A DNA stretch of 64,000 bases from Hydrurus foetidus (taxonomy: Eukaryota): NCBI GenBank assembly GCA_900617105.1, contig UYFQ01000001.1, positions 1,364,001 to 1,428,000 on the forward strand, written 5' to 3'. Every line of letters begins with the position of its first letter. Position 1 is the first letter of the stretch. Positions 28,658 to 38,444 of this stretch are shown one piece after another. The translations under genes were made by a program, and so were the position numbers. Below the pieces are notes generated by a model. That model ran no database searches. It was not told the DNA's origin and saw nothing but the letters and a program-made list of their open reading frames with translations.

Positions 28658-29743
28658 ATGAGCAACTTTGACCACTTCATCGGAACCCGTGCCGTCACTG
28701 GTGTCCAAGCGTTTGACACCGACGCGCTGCAAAGCTACCTCAGCGCCCACATGCCCGACTTCCAAGGCCCGCTGAGCGTTGAAATTTTCAAGGGAGGCCA
28801 GTCCAACCCCACCTACAAACTCATCACCCCCAGCGCCAGCTACGTGATGCGTGCCAAGCCCGGCCCCGTAGCCAAACTGCTGCCCTCGGCCCATGCCGTA
28901 GAGCGCGAATTTGCCGTGATGAAAGGGCTCTACGGCACCGATGTGCCCGTGGCCAAAATGCACTGCCTGTGCGAAGACGAATCGGTGATTGGCCGGGCGT
29001 TCTACATCATGGAATTCGTTCAGGGCCGCGTGATGTGGGATCAAGCCCTGCCCGGTATGGACAACAGCGAGCGCAGCGCCATCTACAACGAGATGAACAG
29101 CGTGCAGGCTGCCTTGCACGCGGTCAAGTTTGCGGAGCGCGGCTTGGCCGGTTACGGTAAACCTGGCAATTACTTTGAGCGCCAAATTGGCCGCTGGAGC
29201 AAGCAGTTCGTGGCCTCCATCACCACACCGATTCCCGAGATGGACAAGCTGATGGCTTGGTTGCCAGCCAACATCCCCGCCAGCGCCCGCGATGAAAGCC
29301 TGACCTCCATCGTGCATGGCGACTACCGGCTCGACAACCTGATGTTCCACCCCACCGAGCCGCGCGTGCTGGCCGTGCTTGACTGGGAGTTGTCTACCCT
29401 AGGCCACCCGTTTGCCGACTTCAGCTACCACTGCATGGCTTGGCACATCCCACCCGGCACCTTCAGGGGTTTGGGGGGGCTGGACGTGACAAGCCTGGGC
29501 ATCCCCACCGAAGCCGAGTACATCAGCCTCTACTGCAAGCGCACCGGCTTTTCCACACCCGAGAAGCTCAAAGCCGACTGGAACTTCTACCTCGCCTACA
29601 ACCTGTTTCGCCTCGCCGCCATTCTGCAAGGCATTGCCAAGCGGGTGGAAGCAGGCACGGCCTCCAGCGCACAAGCCGTCAGCTCTGCCGCTGGTGCGCC
29701 CACCTTGGCGCAAATGGCCTGGAAGTTTGCGCAAGCATCTTAA
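28658..29743 (+). CDS. APH-like phosphotransferase (ACAD10/11 kinase-domain type)
   Basis: GGQSNPTY, HGDYRLDN, LDWELSTLG. Confidence 0.9.
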   Translation: MSNFDHFIGTRAVTGVQAFDTDALQSYLSAHMPDFQGPLSVEIFKGGQSNPTYKLITPSASYVMRAKPGPVAKLLPSAHAVEREFAVMKGLYGTDVPVAKMHCLCEDESVIGRAFYIMEFVQGRVMWDQALPGMDNSERSAIYNEMNSVQAALHAVKFAERGLAGYGKPGNYFERQIGRWSKQFVASITTPIPEMDKLMAWLPANIPASARDESLTSIVHGDYRLDNLMFHPTEPRVLAVLDWELSTLGHPFADFSYHCMAWHIPPGTFRGLGGLDVTSLGIPTEAEYISLYCKRTGFSTPEKLKADWNFYLAYNLFRLAAILQGIAKRVEAGTASSAQAVSSAAGAPTLAQMAWKFAQAS

Positions 29744-29761
29744 GGCCTCATTTTCAAGATC

Positions 29762-29815
29762 AAATAAGTAATTTAAGCTTATGAAATAAGCGATTACAGC
29801 TATCATTTTGATACT
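29762..29815 (-). repeat. Motif copy 7 (intergenic)
   Basis: AGTATCAAAATGATAGC TGTAAT CGCTTATTTCATAAGCT. Confidence 0.75.
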
Positions 29816-29874
29816 AAATATACCGTTTGAAACGGTTGACAATTTTTTTCACGTGCAGCCCTTCAGGAGACCCC

Positions 29875-31159
29875 ATGGACTTTGACTACTCCCCCAAGAC
29901 CAAAGAATTGCAAGCCAAAGTGCAGCAGTTCATGGACGACCACATTTACCCCGCCGAGGCGGAGTACAAGGCCGAGATGGCCGCCAACACGGTGGCGGGT
30001 AAACGCTGGACAGCCCTTCAGACCGTCGAAAAGCTCAAGGTGAAAGCCCGTGCTGCCGGCCTGTGGAACCTGTTTTTGCCAGTGGACAGCGCATCCGCCT
30101 CGGGCTACGAAGGCGCAGGCCTGACCAACCAGGAATACGCCCCCCTTGCTGAAATCATGGGCCGGGTGCCATGGTCCAGCGAAGCCTTCAACTGCTCAGC
30201 CCCCGACACCGGCAACATGGAAACCATTGCCCGCTACGGCGATGAGGCCAACAAAGCCCGTTGGCTCAAGCCTCTGCTGGAAGGTCAAATCCGCTCCGCC
30301 TTCGCGATGACCGAACCCGATGTCGCCTCCAGCGACGCCACCAACATCTGCACCCGCATAGAACGCCAAGACGATGAATACGTCATCAATGGCCGCAAAT
30401 GGTGGATATCCGGTGCCGCAGACCCGCGCTGCGCCGTCTTCATCACCATGGGCAAAACCGACCCAGAAGCCCCCCGCCACTCCCAGCAAAGCATGGTGCT
30501 GGTACCTGCTGATGCCAAAGGCATCAACGGTCATCCGTCCGCTCAACGTGTTTGGCTACGACGACGCACCCCACGGCCATGTGGAGATGACGTTTGACAA
30601 CGTGCGCGTGCCCGTCTCCAACATCCTGTTGGGTGAAGGTCGAGGCTTCGAGATCGCCCAAGGCCGCCTTGGACCTGGGCGTATCCACCATTGCATGCGC
30701 CTGATCGGTTTGGCCGAACGCGCCCTGGAACTGATGTGCCGCCGCGCCTCGTCGCATATCGCCTTCGGTAAAAGCGTAGCCGCACAAACCGTCACACAAG
30801 AGCGCATCGCTGAAGCCCGCTGCAAAATCGACATGTCCCGTCTGCTGACGCTCAAAGCGGCTTGGTTGATGGACATTGCAGGCAATAAAGTCGCCAAAAA
30901 CGAAATCGCCATGATCAAAGTGGTAGCCCCCAGCATGGCCTGCCAGGTCATCGACTGGGCCATGCAAGCCCACGGCGGCGGCGGCATGTGCGACGACTTC
31001 CCCCTCGCCTACGCCTACGCCGGTGCACGCACCCTGCGCTTCGCTGACGGCCCGGATGAAGTCCACCGCAACGCGATCGCCAAACTGGAACTGGGCAAGT
31101 ACGCTGTAGACCCCGTGCGTGCCATGCGTGACGTGGAAATGCCCATCACGCGCAGTTAA
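29875..31159 (+). pseudogene. Acyl-CoA dehydrogenase split by a 1-base insertion at ~30526 (pseudogene or sequencing error)
   Basis: Frame [16 protein letters not shown] then frame [39 protein letters not shown] reads GGC ATC ACG GTC after removing one A. Confidence 0.85.
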
Positions 31160-31225
31160 ATGTCTGGCTGAGTGCCCGCTTGATAGCGGCAGGCACAGGG
31201 CGATGTCCCAGGTCTAAAATCCAAC

Positions 31226-31254
31226 AAAACGGCCTGCGAAATGCAGGCCGTTTT
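31226..31254. terminator. Bidirectional terminator between convergent genes
   Basis: AAAACGGCCTGC-GAAAT-GCAGGCCGTTTT. Confidence 0.85.
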
Positions 31255-31287
31255 ACTTGGTCGCCTTACTTGGTGACGTTATCAGCC

Positions 31288-32013
31288 TCAACGCTGCGCT
31301 GGTAGCGTACTCTGTGCCACATGACACAGCGCGGACACACAGGCGGTACTGTAAATTTTGGCCACATGCTGCAAATTCGACAGCTCCACTTGCCGGTATT
31401 CCATGCGAAAGTAGCACTTGCCGCGCAACAGCATCATCACAAACGGCACCTGCGAAGAAGGCCCGTTCGGGGGCCAACTCATGAGGGCCTGGGCCACATC
31501 GGTGGTCAGCCACGACATCGCGTGTTCACGCTTACCGGCCAGCACAGCGTAGCGGTCTAAAAACATAGGCGGCAACCCCTCCCAGCCCACCTCTTGATAG
31601 ACCGCCAACCAACGCATCTCTTCGGGCAATTGCGGGTCTACCATCGTTTGCAAAGAATCGGTGTACAGCGCGTAAGCCCGTTTTTCGAGCGCCACTTTGA
31701 GGGGGCGGTTCATAAGCACCACCGACACGGCATCCAGCACCCCCAAATCACAGCGCCCTCGCAGCTCTTGGCCTTGAATGAAATCTCGGTTGGGCACACC
31801 ACACTCGATTTGCCAAGGCTTACCTTGTGTCTGTCCTTTGACGACAAAGCCTTCTCCAGCAGGATTCCCTTTGGAGTCTTGCATCGGTTGATCGGTGAAA
31901 GCAAACCCTTGCTGGCGAGCCCAATCGGCCAGCAGTTGGCTGTCTTGCCGCGTCAGTGCAGGCGTTGGATGGGCATCGGCCACGCTGAAAAATTTTTTAA
32001 AGCGCTCAAACAT
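31288..32013 (-). CDS. Conserved hypothetical protein downstream of dusA
   Basis: Long ORF MFERFKKFF.., start overlaps dusA stop. Confidence 0.7.
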   Translation of the reverse strand: MFERFKKFFSVADAHPTPALTRQDSQLLADWARQQGFAFTDQPMQDSKGNPAGEGFVVKGQTQGKPWQIECGVPNRDFIQGQELRGRCDLGVLDAVSVVLMNRPLKVALEKRAYALYTDSLQTMVDPQLPEEMRWLAVYQEVGWEGLPPMFLDRYAVLAGKREHAMSWLTTDVAQALMSWPPNGPSSQVPFVMMLLRGKCYFRMEYRQVELSNLQHVAKIYSTACVSALCHVAQSTLPAQR

Positions 32014-33022
32014 ACAAACCCTCCCTTGCAATAGTCATCACCTGGTGCGCTGTTTGCGTTTTCAGGCGATGGTCGCTCCATACTTGTCGCCAGCGGCGTG
32101 CACCAGGCAAGCCATTACGCAGGCCCAACATATGGCGAGCAATCAAGCTCCACGGCGTGCCGTGCAAAGCCGCTTCACGGGCCATGTAGTCCACCATCTG
32201 TGCCTCAATGTCGTCACGGCTGAGACCATGCGGCGGTGCACCGAAGAAAGTCGCGTCCCAATCGGCCATGAACCAGGGATTATGGTAGGCCTCGCGCCCC
32301 ACCATTACGCCATCAACCAAAGGCCGCGCTCCTGTTTGTGTTTGCAATTGTTCGTGCAATTGCTCGGTGGTGTTGATGCCCCCATTGAGCAAAAACTTCA
32401 AATGCGCAAAGTCCGCCTTCAGCCGGTGGACAAACTCGTAGCGCAACGGTGGCACTTCGCGGTTTTCTTTGGGCGACAAGCCCTTGAGCCACGCATTGCG
32501 GGCATGGACGATAAAAATCCCACACCCTGCCTCGCTCACCTGCCCCACAAAATCACGCACAAAGCCATAGTTTTCGTCCTTGTCGATGCCAATGCGGTGC
32601 TTCACCGTCACCGGAATCTGCACCACATCGCACATCGCCTTCACGCCATCGGCCACCAACTGAGGCTCAGCCATCAAGCACGCCCCAAACGCCCCCCGCT
32701 GCACCCGCTCAGAAGGGCAACCGCAGTTCAAGTTGATCTCGTCATACCCCCATTCCTCACCCAGTTTGGCGCAATGGGCCAAATCAGACGGCTCACTCCC
32801 CCCCAATTGCAAGGCCACAGGATGCTCTTCAGCGTTAAACCGCAAATGCCGCGCCACATCCCCATGCACCAAAGCCCCCGTTGTGACCATCTCGGTGTAG
32901 AGCAGGGCATGGCGTGTCAGCAAGCGGTGGAAGTAACGGCAGTGACGATCCGTCCAATCCATCATCGGCGCAACTGAAAGTATTTTTTCTTTGTAATTCA
33001 ACAATTTAGCGTTATTTCTCAT
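32006..33022 (-). CDS. dusA: tRNA-dihydrouridine(20/20a) synthase
   Basis: SVAPMMDWTDRHCR, NLNCGCPSERVQ.GAFGA, VKHRIG, HARNAWL.GLSPKENR; GAGGT RBS. Confidence 0.95.
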   Translation of the reverse strand: MRNNAKLLNYKEKILSVAPMMDWTDRHCRYFHRLLTRHALLYTEMVTTGALVHGDVARHLRFNAEEHPVALQLGGSEPSDLAHCAKLGEEWGYDEINLNCGCPSERVQRGAFGACLMAEPQLVADGVKAMCDVVQIPVTVKHRIGIDKDENYGFVRDFVGQVSEAGCGIFIVHARNAWLKGLSPKENREVPPLRYEFVHRLKADFAHLKFLLNGGINTTEQLHEQLQTQTGARPLVDGVMVGREAYHNPWFMADWDATFFGAPPHGLSRDDIEAQMVDYMAREAALHGTPWSLIARHMLGLRNGLPGARRWRQVWSDHRLKTQTAHQVMTIAREGLYV

Positions 33023-33131
33023 GCACTTATTACCTCTCGTGTGCACTCCCGTGCGCACTCAAGCTCGTAGTTTCTCATGCCGTGGCCGTTCACGGGATTG
33101 AGGCACAAGTCGAGCCAATCCATCTGATTAA

Positions 33132-36100
33132 CTATTCAGCCTCCACGAAAACCGGGGCAATTAACACGCCATACTTCTCCAACATCACCTCACAAAGCTG
33201 TAAAACCGTATCAAACGCCAAGTTATCCATAGCGGCCTCCAGCGCGCCCATCTCTTCACCCAGCACCTTACCAAACTGCTGCTTCAATGCGACAAAGGCG
33301 TTCATGGCGTCCATGTCATAGGCTTGCAGCAAAGGCATCAAGACTTGCAAAGCCGCCACCAATGCAGCTCGGTCTAATGCCTGCGCTGCATCGCCCGTGG
33401 CAGCCGGTGCCTCTGCCGCCGCATGCTCTTGCTGTAAAACCTGCAGCAGTGCCTGCAAACCAGGCTGCGCGGTGGTGATGGCTTGGCAAACCTGCATGGC
33501 GATGGCAGTACCTTGTACGCCTGCTGGATCCGCTGCGATGGCTTTTCCCGCTTTCGCCGCCTCGGTGGACAGCGCTGTGGCACCCAGTGTGGCGGCCAGA
33601 CCTTTGAGTGTGTGCAGCACGCGCCTGGCTTCGTCGTGTTTTGCACTCACTTCGGGCTCTTGTGCAAAGGCGAGTAACTGTGCATGCATGGTCTGCAAAT
33701 CGTTCATAAAGATTTGCAGCATGCGCCGGTACACATCGTGCTTGCCGCCCAAGCGGTTCAGGGCGGCTTGCATGTCTACTCCGCCCGCAGCAGCGGTCTG
33801 CAGGGCGCCGGAGGTGATGGTTGATTCAAGACGGGTTGGTTCGCCCTGTGCGTCCCCCCATTGCACTTGGCTGCGCAGTACGCGTACCAAATCGTCTAAA
33901 TTGAAAGGTTTGCCTACGTGGTCGTTCATGCCTGCTGCCAGACAGGCTTCTCGGTCGCTGGCCATGGCGTTGGCGGTCATGGCCACTATGGGCAGCTTGT
34001 CCAGGCCCAGGTCGCGGCGGATGGCGCGGGTGGCGGTAAAGCCGTCCATGACGGGCATTTGCAGGTCCATGAGTACCACATCAAAGGCTGCCGTGTTTGC
34101 ACCGCTTGCATTGGCTGCAGCCGCAGCCGCAACGGCTTCAACGGCTTCTTGCCCGTGGTTGGCTATCTGCACCAGTGCGCCTTCGTCCTCCAGCAGTTCA
34201 CGGGCCACCTGCTGGTTGTTGAGGTTGTCTTCTACCAGCAGCAGGCGCATGCCTTCAAGGCGGTGTTGGGTTGCCTGCGCTTTGTGCGGGGATGGGTGTG
34301 GCTGGTCATGGCCTGCTTTGGCATCCATTACCGCATCAAACAGCATGGAGGAGGTGACGGGTTTTACCAAAAAGCCGTTTAGCAGCGCTTGGTCGGCTGG
34401 GCTGCGTTGGGACAGCATTTCGCGCCCGTGGGCGGTGAGCATCACGATGACCGGGGGTTGGTGGGTGTCTCCTGCCTGGGTCTGTTCGGTCTGCAGGTCT
34501 CGGATGTGTTGGCTGGTTTGCCAACCGTCCATGTCTGGCATGTTCCAGTCGACAAAGATGGCTTGGTAAGGGTTGTCTTGTGCTGTGCGCTGCGCCAGCA
34601 TTTGCAGTGCCTGCACTCCGCTTTCGGCCAGGTCGACTTTCCAGCCCAGGGACTGGCCCATGTGCTCTAGCACTTCGCGGGCTGAGGGGTTGTCGTCAAT
34701 GACCAGTACGTGCAGCGAGGTGTTGTGGTCACGTGCACGCAGGCGTGCTTGTTCTTCAAGACTCTGTGCGGTGGCGATGGGCAGGGTTACGGTGAAGTGA
34801 AAGCGGCTGCCTTTGCCGAGTTCGCTTTGCACTGCGAGCTCGCCTCCCATCATGCCTACAAAGCGCTGGCTGATGACGATGCCTAAGCCGGTTCCGCCAA
34901 AGCGGCGTGTTGTGCTGGCCTCGGCTTGGGTGAAGCCGCTGAAGATGCGGGCTTGGTTCTCGGGCGCAATGCCAATGCCGCTGTCGCGCATGCTGAACTG
35001 CAGGGTGACGATATCGTCTGTGCAGTACATGACTTGTACGGCGAGGACTACCTCGCCTTGTGCGGTGAATTTGATGGCGTTGCTGGCCAGGTTGAGCAAG
35101 ATTTGCTGGAGCCGCATGGCGTCTCCTACCAGTTGGCGCGGTAGCAGGGGGTCTATGTCAAACAGTACTTCGACCGGTTTCTCGCCTACGCTGGTGGACA
35201 AGATGACGGAGAGGTCGCGCAGCATCTGGTCTACGCTGAAGGGGTGTGGGTTGAGCGTCATTTTGCCGGCTTCGATCTTGGAGAAGTCCAAGATTTCGTT
35301 GAGCAGACCCAACAACGCGCGTGCCGCGCCATCACTCTTGGCGGCGTAGTCGGCTTGGCGGGTGGTGAGCTCGGTTTTGCGCAGCAGGGTGAGCATGCCC
35401 AGGATGGCGTTCATGGGGGTGCGGATTTCGTGGCTCATGTTCGCCAGGAATTGGCTTTTGGAGAGGGAGGCGGCTTGCGCGGCCTCGGTGGCTTGTATCA
35501 ACGCCTGTTCCGCCGCCTTTTTATCACTCACATCTTCAAAAATATAAAACCGGCCATAGTACTGGTCATCAGCGTCGCGGATTTGCGTGGTGAAGCGCCG
35601 CACTGTGCGGTTGTTGGTAAAAGCAATCTCGTCTTCAAGAGTGATGCGGTTACTCTGCGATTGCAGGGGTTTGCAAGACTCTGCAAATGCCGCAACATCG
35701 GCCAGCACCGGCAGGCAGTCGGGGATGATGTCGTTGTTTTTAAGCTCTTTGCGGCGCATGCGCTCAGCCAAATGCGCAATGCCCCAGATTTCACAAAAGC
35801 GCTGGTTGAAGTACAAAATTTCATCGGTGCGGTTGTCTACCACCATAAAGCCCAGTGGGGAGGAGTTGGACATCTCGTCCATGAGCGACTGGTTCCAGCG
35901 CAAGGCTTCTTCTGACTGTTTGCTGGCGGTAATGTCGGTTCGGATGCTGATGTACTGTGCCGGCAAGCCATCCACCCCAGGCAAAGGAACAATGGTGGCA
36001 TTCACCCAGTAGTAGTCGCCACTTTTTGTGTGATTTTTCAGCTCGCCCTGCCACACTTTGCCTTGGCTAATTGTCTGCCTGGGCATGTCAACAACGTCAG

Positions 36101-37058
36101 CATCGTGGGAGTTGACGATGCGGTGGTGTTGCCCCAGTAGCTCGGAACGCGTATAGCCGCTGACGGCGCAAAGCCGGTCGTTCGCATACGTGATAACGCC
36201 CTGAGCATCTGTAACGCTGACGATGGCGTGCTGGTCTAGCGCAAACTGCCGGTCTAGCAGATCACGGTTTGCTGCGTGCAACCTGACAGCGGCCGCATTA
36301 AGGGCAATGCCCAAGGCCTCAAGTTCGGTCACGCCGGCGTAGGGTGTGAGCAAGGTGCCAACTTCCACCTCTAGCCTGCTGGCAAATTGGGTGGCCTTCG
36401 ACATGGCCTGCAGCGGGGCCTTAAGCAAGGCCGAAAGCAGCATAAGTGCAAATGCACAAACAAACGCCAGCACCCACAGCGAATCTAGCCAAATGTGCAA
36501 GACCAAGTCTGCAAACTCTCTCTGCACAAAGCTCACACGCACCCAGCCAAGCAAGTTGCCGACCTCTATGGGCTGCCATGTGGCATCTGCGCTATCGCTC
36601 AGGGCGGTCAGTTTGCTTTGAATAACTTGCTGCCTTGCCTTCGGCACTGTCACTGCGTCTAAGTTGAAACGGGGTACCCATTTACCCTCTTTGTTGAGTA
36701 ATTCGACGATGGGTTTACCGCTTGGGTCGGTAACAAGTATGGCCGTTATCCCTTGTGTGGCTGCAAACCTTCCAACAGCTCCCTCTAGTCCGGCCAGGTC
36801 ATCCGTCACTAGAAAGTGGGCGCTGATAGCGGCCAGATTTTGCGCTGTTTCTGACATGTCATGCTGCGCATTTTTGCGCGACGCGTCGGCCTGCTGCTTG
36901 GCCATAAAAGTACCAAAGCCAAAAACCGCCAGGAAAAGGCATACGCTCCCTGCGAGGATCAACCGCCCGTACAAACTGCGAAACATCAGACGGCGCGTCA
37001 CGTTAAGCCGCTTAATTAACTGCGGCAGAGCCTGCCATGGCTGTACTCGCTGTGTCAT
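33132..37058 (-). CDS. Membrane hybrid histidine kinase (2TM-PAS-PAS-HisKA-HATPase-REC-REC-Hpt)
   Basis: [30 protein letters not shown], two REC domains, LHTLKG Hpt. Confidence 0.93.
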   Translation of the reverse strand: MTQRVQPWQALPQLIKRLNVTRRLMFRSLYGRLILAGSVCLFLAVFGFGTFMAKQQADASRKNAQHDMSETAQNLAAISAHFLVTDDLAGLEGAVGRFAATQGITAILVTDPSGKPIVELLNKEGKWVPRFNLDAVTVPKARQQVIQSKLTALSDSADATWQPIEVGNLLGWVRVSFVQREFADLVLHIWLDSLWVLAFVCAFALMLLSALLKAPLQAMSKATQFASRLEVEVGTLLTPYAGVTELEALGIALNAAAVRLHAANRDLLDRQFALDQHAIVSVTDAQGVITYANDRLCAVSGYTRSELLGQHHRIVNSHDADVVDMPRQTISQGKVWQGELKNHTKSGDYYWVNATIVPLPGVDGLPAQYISIRTDITASKQSEEALRWNQSLMDEMSNSSPLGFMVVDNRTDEILYFNQRFCEIWGIAHLAERMRRKELKNNDIIPDCLPVLADVAAFAESCKPLQSQSNRITLEDEIAFTNNRTVRRFTTQIRDADDQYYGRFYIFEDVSDKKAAEQALIQATEAAQAASLSKSQFLANMSHEIRTPMNAILGMLTLLRKTELTTRQADYAAKSDGAARALLGLLNEILDFSKIEAGKMTLNPHPFSVDQMLRDLSVILSTSVGEKPVEVLFDIDPLLPRQLVGDAMRLQQILLNLASNAIKFTAQGEVVLAVQVMYCTDDIVTLQFSMRDSGIGIAPENQARIFSGFTQAEASTTRRFGGTGLGIVISQRFVGMMGGELAVQSELGKGSRFHFTVTLPIATAQSLEEQARLRARDHNTSLHVLVIDDNPSAREVLEHMGQSLGWKVDLAESGVQALQMLAQRTAQDNPYQAIFVDWNMPDMDGWQTSQHIRDLQTEQTQAGDTHQPPVIVMLTAHGREMLSQRSPADQALLNGFLVKPVTSSMLFDAVMDAKAGHDQPHPSPHKAQATQHRLEGMRLLLVEDNLNNQQVARELLEDEGALVQIANHGQEAVEAVAAAAAANASGANTAAFDVVLMDLQMPVMDGFTATRAIRRDLGLDKLPIVAMTANAMASDREACLAAGMNDHVGKPFNLDDLVRVLRSQVQWGDAQGEPTRLESTITSGALQTAAAGGVDMQAALNRLGGKHDVYRRMLQIFMNDLQTMHAQLLAFAQEPEVSAKHDEARRVLHTLKGLAATLGATALSTEAAKAGKAIAADPAGVQGTAIAMQVCQAITTAQPGLQALLQVLQQEHAAAEAPAATGDAAQALDRAALVAALQVLMPLLQAYDMDAMNAFVALKQQFGKVLGEEMGALEAAMDNLAFDTVLQLCEVMLEKYGVLIAPVFVEAE

Positions 37059-37068
37059 GGTGGTTTGC

Positions 37069-37938
37069 CTATTCGGTAACCAAGTACTTGTCGATCTTCA
37101 ATTTCTCCAGTGGCAGGTAGTCAATAGGGTAGTTGGCATCGACTGGTGTCGGCGTGTGAATGTCTTTCAGCAGGGCGCGCCCCTCTGCGTCCTGCGTTAG
37201 CGCCAAGAAAGCCTGCAAAAAGGCTTTTTGTGCTGCAACGGGCACGCGTGGGTGCACCACTACAGGGTGTGATGCGACGGGGGGAGTCTGGTACAGCACT
37301 TGCAATTGCTCTCGTACTTCTGCCACATCGGCATTGAACGCTGCGTTGACGGTACCGCCTGCAGCAGCTTCTTTGCGAATGACGTGCCGGTACACGTTGG
37401 GGTGGGTCTTGACGTAGCGTGCATCAAACTGAATGCTGTGTTCTTCAGAGAGCAAGGCCCGCATATACAGCGAGGCACCAAACGCATTCGGGGCTGGAAA
37501 AGCAATTTTTTGACCATTCAAGTCTTTCAGGGTTTTGATGCCACTGTCCTTACGCACCACTAGCACCCCCGTCAGAGGCTTGCTATCGCGCAGCAGTGGC
37601 GCGTAGGCCTGCGCCTTCCTGGCCATCACGGCGTGATAGGGATTCACGTAGGCAAAGTCCGGCTCGCCTTTTTGAAAGCTGGCTTCAAATAAGGGAATGG
37701 AGGTCATGATTTTCAACTCCAACGTGAAGCCCGTGTCTTTGGACAAGCGTGCCAACAACGGAGTCCAGTTTTTGTGCAGCTCTATAGCACTGAATTGCGG
37801 GACGACTGAGAAGCTGTATTTGACCGGTACAGCAGTCTGCGCCACCGCGCCGGAGGCCAGCAAAACTGAACCCAAACACCACAATGAAATGTTGCGGTAA
37901 TACAAAGACAGCGGTATACGAATATCGAAATGTGACAT
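37069..37938 (-). CDS. PhnD/phosphonate-type periplasmic binding protein upstream of the kinase
   Basis: Signal peptide, FSVVPQF, DFAYVNPY, IAFPAPNAFGAS. Confidence 0.85.
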   Translation of the reverse strand: MSHFDIRIPLSLYYRNISLWCLGSVLLASGAVAQTAVPVKYSFSVVPQFSAIELHKNWTPLLARLSKDTGFTLELKIMTSIPLFEASFQKGEPDFAYVNPYHAVMARKAQAYAPLLRDSKPLTGVLVVRKDSGIKTLKDLNGQKIAFPAPNAFGASLYMRALLSEEHSIQFDARYVKTHPNVYRHVIRKEAAAGGTVNAAFNADVAEVREQLQVLYQTPPVASHPVVVHPRVPVAAQKAFLQAFLALTQDAEGRALLKDIHTPTPVDANYPIDYLPLEKLKIDKYLVTE

Positions 37939-38444
37939 TTGAAATACCTTAAAAAAATATCAACCAAAATCCTGCCAGCCCTACTGGCGATGGGGGCTCT
38001 TTTACATGGGGCAGGGCCAACGCATTGGTGAGGGACAGGCATTTCACCCCCTCAAACTGCCCGGATAATTTCTTTGATCAGCGGTCAACCCCTGTAGGAA
38101 TTTTCATGATTCTCGCTGCAGCGAAATGACTGGTCGAGACTGCCCCAAAATAACCCTTTGAGCAGAACAATTTCCACTGCGCCAAGCACAGTGAACCGAT
38201 CGGGTATTCATAGAGGGGCAATTTTCTGCCAAATAACCATTTGAACAATAGTTTTTATACCCCGGGTTATAGTTTTCTCCACGCGCACTATCAAACAGTC
38301 GCCGGTGCTTTGAATAAAGCCCTCAGAAAGGTTTGGTACGCTTCTACGCCTGCTGTAAAAGCGTATTAGATTTAAGTTCACGGAGTCGTTGCCAAAGTCA
38401 TGCTGACAGCAGCCAAATTACCATCACCACTTAGGAGCTATTCC

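Noticed and set aside
30515..30540. Programmed frameshift in the acyl-CoA dehydrogenase
   Set aside because: No slippery heptamer or homopolymer tract; not known for this family.
38333..38352. TGGTACGCTTCTACGC as a sigma-54 promoter
   Set aside because: Lacks the TTGC -12 element at the required spacing.
37940..38440. Riboswitch (e.g. c-di-GMP) in the long intergenic region
   Set aside because: No recognisable conserved core on either strand by eye.
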